Assembly: GCA_052390155.1 (NCBI GenBank)
Contig: JBQTHF010000034.1
Length of the DNA stretch: 64,000 nt
DNA from: Actinokineospora sp.
GTDB taxonomy: Bacteria > Actinomycetota > Actinomycetes > Mycobacteriales > Pseudonocardiaceae
Reading direction: 5' to 3' (one strand)
The position numbers were made by a program, and so were the translations under genes. The notes under the pieces are model-generated. The model saw only the letters and a program-made list of their open reading frames with translations. It ran no database searches and was not told the origin of the DNA. Below, in pieces: positions 58,536-64,000 of the stretch (position 1 is its first letter; each line of letters begins with the position of its first letter).

Positions 58536-58575
58536 GGCGAACACCCTCCCGGCAGCGGCCGGGAGGGTGTTCGCC
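58536..58575 (+). terminator. intrinsic terminator after the adhesin gene
   Basis: GGCGAACACCCTCCCGGC-AGCG-GCCGGGAGGGTGTTCGCC followed by GTTTC. Confidence 0.8.
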
Positions 58576-58598
58576 GTTTCGGTACTAACGTCGTACCG

Positions 58599-60572
58599 GT
58601 GAGCGAATCGCCGGACCTCGCCGCGCCGCACTGGCTGCGGCAACTGCTGACGCAGAAACCGGTGCCGATCCCGTGGAAGCGCGCGGCTCGGGCGGCGCTC
58701 GCCATCGCCGGGCCCATCGCGGTGGGCATGGTCGCGGGCCGGATCGACCTCGGCGTGCTGGTCTCCATTGGAGCCCTCTGCGTCACCTTCGCCGATACCG
58801 CAGGCCCCTACCGCTACCGGGCCCAGCGCACCGGCTGGGCGGCCGTCGCGGGCTCGCTCGGCTACCTCTGCGGCAACCTTGTCGGTGGCCAGGGGGCGCT
58901 CACCGGGATCGTCCTAGTTCTTGTCGCGGGGGTGTCCGCGCTGGTCAGCGCCAGCGGAAGCACCGCGTCCCTGGCCGGGCTGCAACTCCTCGTGTTCGCG
59001 GTGCTCGGCTCGGGCCAGGCCGCCGACCCGGGGCTCGCGGCGGGCTGTTTCGTCGCGGGCGCGGCGTTCGCCTGGGTGCTCGCGCTCGCGGCGTGGCCGG
59101 TGCGCGGTGCCGCCGTGGAGCGGGCCGCGGTGGCCGCGGTCTACGACGAACTCGCCGCGATGCTCGTCGCGGGCGGCACCGTCCGCGCCCGGCACGCCCG
59201 CCGCAGGCTGACCGACGCCCTCAACAGCGCCTATGACGCCCTGCTCGACGCCCGGTCGCGGCTCGCGGGCCGCGACCGGGCCTACCGCAGGCTCTTCGTG
59301 CTGCTCACCGAGACCACGCCCGTGGTCGAGGCGGCGGTAGCGCTGGTCAACGCGCGCCGAACGCCGCCGCCGGAGTTCGTGGCGTACCTGGCCGACGCGG
59401 CTGACCGCATCCGGGCCCGCGAGCCGTTGCCGGTGCCGCCCGACCCGCCCGCCGACGACCGCGCGGTCGCCCTGCTGCACGCCGGGCTGGCCGCGGTCGC
59501 CGAGTTCCGCCGCGGCGACGCCGACACCGATGCCCGGCCCGACGAGGACCGGGTGAGCCCGCGCGAACGGGTGCGCGGCTGGCGGGACACGGTCATCGCG
59601 GGCCGGGTGACCTGGCTGCTGGTGCTGCGGCTGATGCTGTGCGTCGGGCTCGCCGTGCTGCTGGGCGCGTTGCTGCCGCTGGAGCACTCGTTCTGGGTCG
59701 CGCTGACCGTGGCGATCGTGCTCAAGCCCGACTTCGGCTCGGTGTTCGGCCGCGCCGTGCTGCGCGGGCTCGGCACCGCGGCCGGGGTGCTGCTCGGCGC
59801 GGGTGTGCTCGCCATCGACCCGCCCGGCTGGGGCCTCGTGCTCCTGGTCACCGTCACGGCGGCGGCGCTGCCCATCGGGCAGGTGCGCAACTACGGCATG
59901 TTCAGCACCTTCGTCACGCCGCTGGTCATCGTGCAGCTCGACCTGGCCAACGCGGGCGACTGGAACCTCGTCACCGCCCGGCTGCTCGACACCGCCCTGG
60001 GCTGCGCGATCGTGCTGGTGTTCGGCTATCTGCTCTGGCCTGGCAGCAGACGGCCCAGGGTCGGCGCCGGTCTCGCCGCCGCGCTCGACCAGGTGGCCGA
60101 CTACCTCGAACTGGCTCTCGCGGAGTCGCCGCGCGGCCGGTCGGCGCTGCGCCGCGACGCCTACCGGGCCCTGTCCGACCTGCGTACGGCGTTCCAGCAG
60201 TCGCTGGTCGAGCCGTCCGCGGCCGGTCGACAGGCCGCCGCGTGGTGGCCTGTCATCGTCGGCCTGGAGAGGCTCACCGACGCGGTGACCGGTGTCGCGG
60301 TGGCCATCGAGCGCGGGGCGGCGCCGGTCGACCCGGACGACGTGGGCGCGCTCGCCGCGGCGGTGCGCGAGGCGGCTGACGCCGTGCGGGGCGAGCGGGC
60401 CCCGCGGCGCACCCCGCTGCCCGACACCGAACGGCTGGAACGGCTCGTCGCGGAGCTGACAGCGGTGCACGCGACGCTGCGCGGGCCGGACCTCGGTGGC
60501 CGCCCCGGTCGCAGGCTGCTCACCCGGGGGCTGCGGCGCGCCGCCGCCAGGTCGCGCGGTTCGGCTAACTGA
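58599..60572 (+). CDS. FUSC-family (fusaric-acid-resistance-like, YccS/YhfK type) membrane protein
   Basis: 657 aa with two blocks of about 5 TM helices separated and followed by Ala/Arg-rich helical regions, the architecture typical of FUSC. Confidence 0.65.
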   Translation: MSESPDLAAPHWLRQLLTQKPVPIPWKRAARAALAIAGPIAVGMVAGRIDLGVLVSIGALCVTFADTAGPYRYRAQRTGWAAVAGSLGYLCGNLVGGQGALTGIVLVLVAGVSALVSASGSTASLAGLQLLVFAVLGSGQAADPGLAAGCFVAGAAFAWVLALAAWPVRGAAVERAAVAAVYDELAAMLVAGGTVRARHARRRLTDALNSAYDALLDARSRLAGRDRAYRRLFVLLTETTPVVEAAVALVNARRTPPPEFVAYLADAADRIRAREPLPVPPDPPADDRAVALLHAGLAAVAEFRRGDADTDARPDEDRVSPRERVRGWRDTVIAGRVTWLLVLRLMLCVGLAVLLGALLPLEHSFWVALTVAIVLKPDFGSVFGRAVLRGLGTAAGVLLGAGVLAIDPPGWGLVLLVTVTAAALPIGQVRNYGMFSTFVTPLVIVQLDLANAGDWNLVTARLLDTALGCAIVLVFGYLLWPGSRRPRVGAGLAAALDQVADYLELALAESPRGRSALRRDAYRALSDLRTAFQQSLVEPSAAGRQAAAWWPVIVGLERLTDAVTGVAVAIERGAAPVDPDDVGALAAAVREAADAVRGERAPRRTPLPDTERLERLVAELTAVHATLRGPDLGGRPGRRLLTRGLRRAAARSRGSAN

Positions 60573-60657
60573 GTAAGTTCGGCGGGTGGGAACACGAGGT
60601 CGTGTTGGGTACCCTGCGTCAGGGCCCCGCCGGCCTCTCGGAGTGCGAAGGAGCACC

Positions 60658-60876
60658 ATGGGAATCGACTTCAACGAGCTGAAGAACAAGGCCGAGGGCC
60701 TCGTCGAGCAGCACGGGGACAAGATCGAGGAAGGCGTCGAGAAGGCGGGCGAGTTCGCCAAGAGCAAGTTCGGCCACGCCGACACCGTCGACAAGGTCGT
60801 GGACAAGATCCAGGACCTGATTCCCGGCGAGCACGGCGACAAGGCCGCCGAGAACACCCAGGGCAACCAAGCGTGA
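60658..60876 (+). CDS. Rv0909/MT0933-like small helical protein (putative antitoxin family)
   Basis: 72 aa: MGIDFNELKNKAEGLVEQHGDKIEEGVEKAGEFAKSKFGHADTVDKVVDKIQDLIPG. GAAGGAG lies before the ATG. Confidence 0.7.
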   Translation: MGIDFNELKNKAEGLVEQHGDKIEEGVEKAGEFAKSKFGHADTVDKVVDKIQDLIPGEHGDKAAENTQGNQA

Positions 60877-61520
60877 GTTCTGGTCACCAGGGCGCGGAGC
60901 GGGTCCTTCCTGACGGGGGGACCCGCTCCGCTGCCGCCCGCAAACCGAGCGTCTGCACCTGGCAGGGCACCGCGCCGCCGACCCTGGAGTCGGTTCGCAT
61001 ACTGGTGTCCGACGCCCGGCTGCGCGCGTCGGGCAGGCTGATCGCCGCCGCCGACGCCGAGGCGGGCGTCGAGGCGTTCAGCGCGTCGTTCGAGGCGTCG
61101 GTGGACAAGGGCGAGGAGGCCGGGCGGCTGCTGCTGCGCACCACCACGGCGGCCGAGGAGCGGCAGATCTCGCTCAGCCGGTCCGCCGACGGCACCTGGC
61201 TGGTCGACCACGGCCACAGTTCCCGCCGCGACGAGTACGGCGGCTCGGTCACCGTCGACGTGGCAGGCGCGGTCACCTTCAACACCCTGCCGATCCGGCG
61301 CCTCGGTCTGCACCGCAAGCCGGGCGAAGTCGTGCTGCCCGTCGTGTACATCACGATGCCCGACCTGACGGTCACCCTGGTCAGCCAGACCTACCGCACG
61401 GTCTCGATCGACGAGCGGGGCGCGGTCATCGCGTTCGGCCAGGACGAGTTCACCGCCGACATCGTCGTCGACACCGACGGCATCGTCGTCGACTACCCCG
61501 GCATCGCCCGCCGCGTCTGA
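60873..61520 (+). CDS. putative glycolipid-binding domain protein
   Basis: GTG overlaps the upstream stop (GTGA). DVDVAGAVTFNTLPIRRLGL, QTYRTVS and IVVDTDGIVVDYPGIARR match my memory of the glycolipid-binding family pattern. Confidence 0.6.
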   Translation: MSSGHQGAERVLPDGGTRSAAARKPSVCTWQGTAPPTLESVRILVSDARLRASGRLIAAADAEAGVEAFSASFEASVDKGEEAGRLLLRTTTAAEERQISLSRSADGTWLVDHGHSSRRDEYGGSVTVDVAGAVTFNTLPIRRLGLHRKPGEVVLPVVYITMPDLTVTLVSQTYRTVSIDERGAVIAFGQDEFTADIVVDTDGIVVDYPGIARRV

Positions 61521-61523
61521 GTG

Positions 61524-63530
61524 CTAGCCAATGGTGAACGGTGCGTAGGCCACCGCGAACGCCGCCCGGGGGTCCACCCCGATCGCCTTGATCTCGATCG
61601 TGTGCTGCCCTGGTCGCAGGCCGGTCGTGTTCACCGCGAGCCGCCAGGTGCCCGCGACGCCCGGCCCGTCGACCACCGTCGGGATGCCCGCGATCCGCTC
61701 GCCGTCGAGGCGCACCTCCATCCCGGCCAGCCCGGCGAGTTCGCCGCCGAGCCGCTGGCCTGCGGGCCCGTCGGCTCGCACCTCCAACACCAGTCGCCCG
61801 CGCGGCACCTCGGCGTCGTTCGGGATCGGCTTGCCCGACGCGTCCAGGAACCGCGCGCCCGGACGGGCCAGCGCGGGTCGGATCTGAAAGAGCGGGATGT
61901 CGGTGCCGCTGCCCGCCGCGGGCGATACCCCGCCCGGCGGCGCGGTCAGTTCGATCGACGCGCTGATCAACCGCGTCGTCGCCTGACCCCGCTGGAACGG
62001 CCCGCGCACCCGCAACGGCAGGGTCTTGCCGTCGGGTCCGAGCACCAGCGCCTCGGCGGGCAGGTCCGCGACGATCGGGTAGCGCACGCCGCGGGTCAGC
62101 GGCTGACCGACGACCGCGGGGCGCGTGGCGTACTTGCTCCCCCCGACCTCCACGGTGAACAGGTCGTCCAGCGCGGGCGGGTTGTCCGGCCCGTTTTGCG
62201 GTACCAGGGTGATCCGCAGTTGACCGCCCACAGTTCCCTGCACTCGCGCGCCATCGGCGGAGGTGACGATGCCCGAACCTGCCACGTGCACCACCCGCCC
62301 GGTATCCAGTGCGGGCGGCGGCACGAACACTGGCGGCGCGGTCGGCGCGCCGGTGAACGCGACCAGGTCGACCGCCGCGTACAAGCCGCCGCTGCTCGCG
62401 GCGAACCCGAGCAGCGCGGTTGCCTCCCGCCAAGCGGGCACCACGTCGCCGCCGCCCACGACCTGTCCGTCGCGCAGCACCCGCACCCCGTCGGTGCGCA
62501 GCACGACCTCCCAGCGGACGGAGACACCGATGTTCGCGGTCGGCGCGGGGTCCACGCTGATGGCCGTGCCGAGCCTGGGGGTGCCCGGCGCGACGAGCAC
62601 CTGGACCGTCGTGGTGGTTTCCTGACCCGCGACCCGCACGCGCACGGTGCCTGGTGGCAGTGCCGGGTCGTCCTGCGCCAGCCCCGGCCGGTCTGGCCGG
62701 GGTGGGCCGTTCGGCGAGCCGTCGATCAGGTCGGCAGGCCCGGGTACCAGGTCGATCAGCAGCTCGCCGGTCTGTCCAGGTTGGTCGGTCTCCACCACGA
62801 CTCGGCCCAGCTCACCGTCCACAGCGGACTCCAGCAACCGCAGCGGGGCCCGTGACCGCAGCGCCACCGGCTCGGTTCCGCACTGCGCGCTGATGACCAT
62901 CCGCCTGCCGTTCTCGCCGTCGCCGCGGGTCGCGCGGGCGCAGTCCGACGCACTCGACAGCCGCCACCGTTCGGGGTCGGGCACCACGCGGCCGATGAAC
63001 CGGTCGGCGAACGACCACGCGGGCTCGTTCGCCGAGAGTTTGGGCGTGCCGCGGGTCTTCACCGGCAGCGAGCGCTGCCCGAAAGCGTTGACCGTGCGGA
63101 TCTCGATCTCGTACTCGGCTTCGTTCTCCAGCGCGTCGAGCTGCGCGGCGGGTTGCGCCACCAACCGGACCCGGTCGAGCTGCCCGGCCCGGCCCCACCG
63201 GATCTCGTAGCCTGCCGCCCCCACCGGTTCGGGCGGGCCCCAGCCGACCTGCAACCGCTGCGGCCCCGGCCGGACCTCGACCTTCGCGGGCTGTGCGGGC
63301 GGGTTGACCGGAGTCGGGATCACCACGCCATCGCCCGCGAACTCCCGCACGGTCGTCTGCGGCGGCGGCGCGGGGCGCGGGGCGGTCTCACCGGGCTTCT
63401 CCGGCGTGCGCAGCACCACGATCGCGCCGCCGATCACCACCAGGCCGACGGCGACCACGGCGATCCGCCGCGCGAGGCCGCCGCGTCGCCGCGGAACGGT
63501 GGGCGGTTCGTCCGGCTCAGGGTGATCCAC
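61524..63530 (-). CDS. membrane-anchored 668-aa protein with fibronectin type III-like domain
   Basis: N-terminal TM helix (IAVVAVGLVVIGGAIVVL), a Pro-rich linker and an FN3-like segment (LQVGWGPPEPVGAAGYEIRWG...YEIEIRTVNAFGQRS). The remainder is uncharacterised and beta-rich. Confidence 0.6.
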   Translation of the reverse strand: MDHPEPDEPPTVPRRRGGLARRIAVVAVGLVVIGGAIVVLRTPEKPGETAPRPAPPPQTTVREFAGDGVVIPTPVNPPAQPAKVEVRPGPQRLQVGWGPPEPVGAAGYEIRWGRAGQLDRVRLVAQPAAQLDALENEAEYEIEIRTVNAFGQRSLPVKTRGTPKLSANEPAWSFADRFIGRVVPDPERWRLSSASDCARATRGDGENGRRMVISAQCGTEPVALRSRAPLRLLESAVDGELGRVVVETDQPGQTGELLIDLVPGPADLIDGSPNGPPRPDRPGLAQDDPALPPGTVRVRVAGQETTTTVQVLVAPGTPRLGTAISVDPAPTANIGVSVRWEVVLRTDGVRVLRDGQVVGGGDVVPAWREATALLGFAASSGGLYAAVDLVAFTGAPTAPPVFVPPPALDTGRVVHVAGSGIVTSADGARVQGTVGGQLRITLVPQNGPDNPPALDDLFTVEVGGSKYATRPAVVGQPLTRGVRYPIVADLPAEALVLGPDGKTLPLRVRGPFQRGQATTRLISASIELTAPPGGVSPAAGSGTDIPLFQIRPALARPGARFLDASGKPIPNDAEVPRGRLVLEVRADGPAGQRLGGELAGLAGMEVRLDGERIAGIPTVVDGPGVAGTWRLAVNTTGLRPGQHTIEIKAIGVDPRAAFAVAYAPFTIG

Positions 63531-63560
63531 CGGCCCAACGTAGGGCCGTTGCGACAGCGG

Positions 63561-64000
63561 TCACAGATTCGTTGCCGACCCGATACCTGCCTCGGACACC
63601 GGCACCTCGGCGAGCGCGTAGTCGCCCGCGAAGCCGACGACGTGTCCGCCCTGGGTGCCGATCAGCCGCAGTTCTTCGAGCGCGTCCCGGCCGCCGAGGT
63701 CGACCGTCGCCTGGGTCCGCTCGGCCACCCGGTGCTCGTCGAACAGGGTGCGGCCGCGATGACCCGCGACCACGGTCGCGCGCAGCGCCCCGGTCGAGGC
63801 CAGCGCGCCGCGGGCCGCGCCGAGCCTGCCGAGCGCGTCGTCCACCGCGGGCAGCAGCGCGTCGCGGTTGCCCTCGCACATGGCCAGCACCAGCTCCGGC
63901 CGGGTCCCGGCGACCCGCGTGCCGTCGCCGAACGAACCCGCCGCCAGCGCCAACGCCAGCGGACCGCCGTCCGCCCCGCACGCGGCGAGCACCGCCGCCA
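63561..64000 (-). CDS. tyrA: prephenate dehydrogenase, C-terminal part (gene continues beyond the window)
   Basis: LAAGSFGDGTRVAGTRPELVLAMCEGNRDALLPAVDDALGRL matches the TyrA dimerisation domain. The N-terminus lies outside the window. Confidence 0.6.
   Translation of the reverse strand, partial: AAVLAACGADGGPLALALAAGSFGDGTRVAGTRPELVLAMCEGNRDALLPAVDDALGRLGAARGALASTGALRATVVAGHRGRTLFDEHRVAERTQATVDLGGRDALEELRLIGTQGGHVVGFAGDYALAEVPVSEAGIGSATNL

Overview
Very GC-rich actinobacterial chromosome segment. Gene content suggests an arabinogalactan-containing lineage (Corynebacteriales or Pseudonocardiales type). Three blocks stand out. (1) 1-8565 is a composite RiPP island. It holds a class I lanthipeptide set (LanB, LanC, PIMT-like O-methyltransferase, i.e. 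FxLD/LanS_A-type architecture). A decayed transposition-ATPase gene follows, then a graspetide set (precursor peptide, ATP-grasp ligase, second PIMT-like O-methyltransferase, i.e. aspartimidyl-graspetide architecture). Four of the five enzymes are broken by single-nucleotide frameshifts as the sequence is given, whereas nearly all genes in the other 55 kb are uninterrupted. A hairpin plus a perfect (CCCA)7 microsatellite lies just upstream of lanB. (2) 8.6-32.6 kb is a rearranged cell-wall galactan/arabinan locus: two tandem GlfT2 paralogs, a Wzx-like flippase, an epimerase, glf, a PAP2 phosphatase, ubiA, dprE2, gtrA, glfT1, wzm/wzt and bpa. It is syntenic in pieces with M. tuberculosis Rv3777-Rv3809c. 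(3) 32.7-64 kb is mostly housekeeping and accessory genes. These include tandem M28 aminopeptidases, small islets next to tRNA-Ser(UGA) and tRNA-Ser(GCU)/tRNA-Arg(ACG), a VapBC45-like pair, a transglutaminase-like/ATP-grasp divergent pair separated by a G-rich iterated-motif tract, a thioester (TQXA) LPXTG adhesin, transporters, and a partial tyrA at the right edge. No rRNA, CRISPR array, integrase or intact transposase was seen. All calls rest on reading the translations and the DNA by eye; no searches were run.
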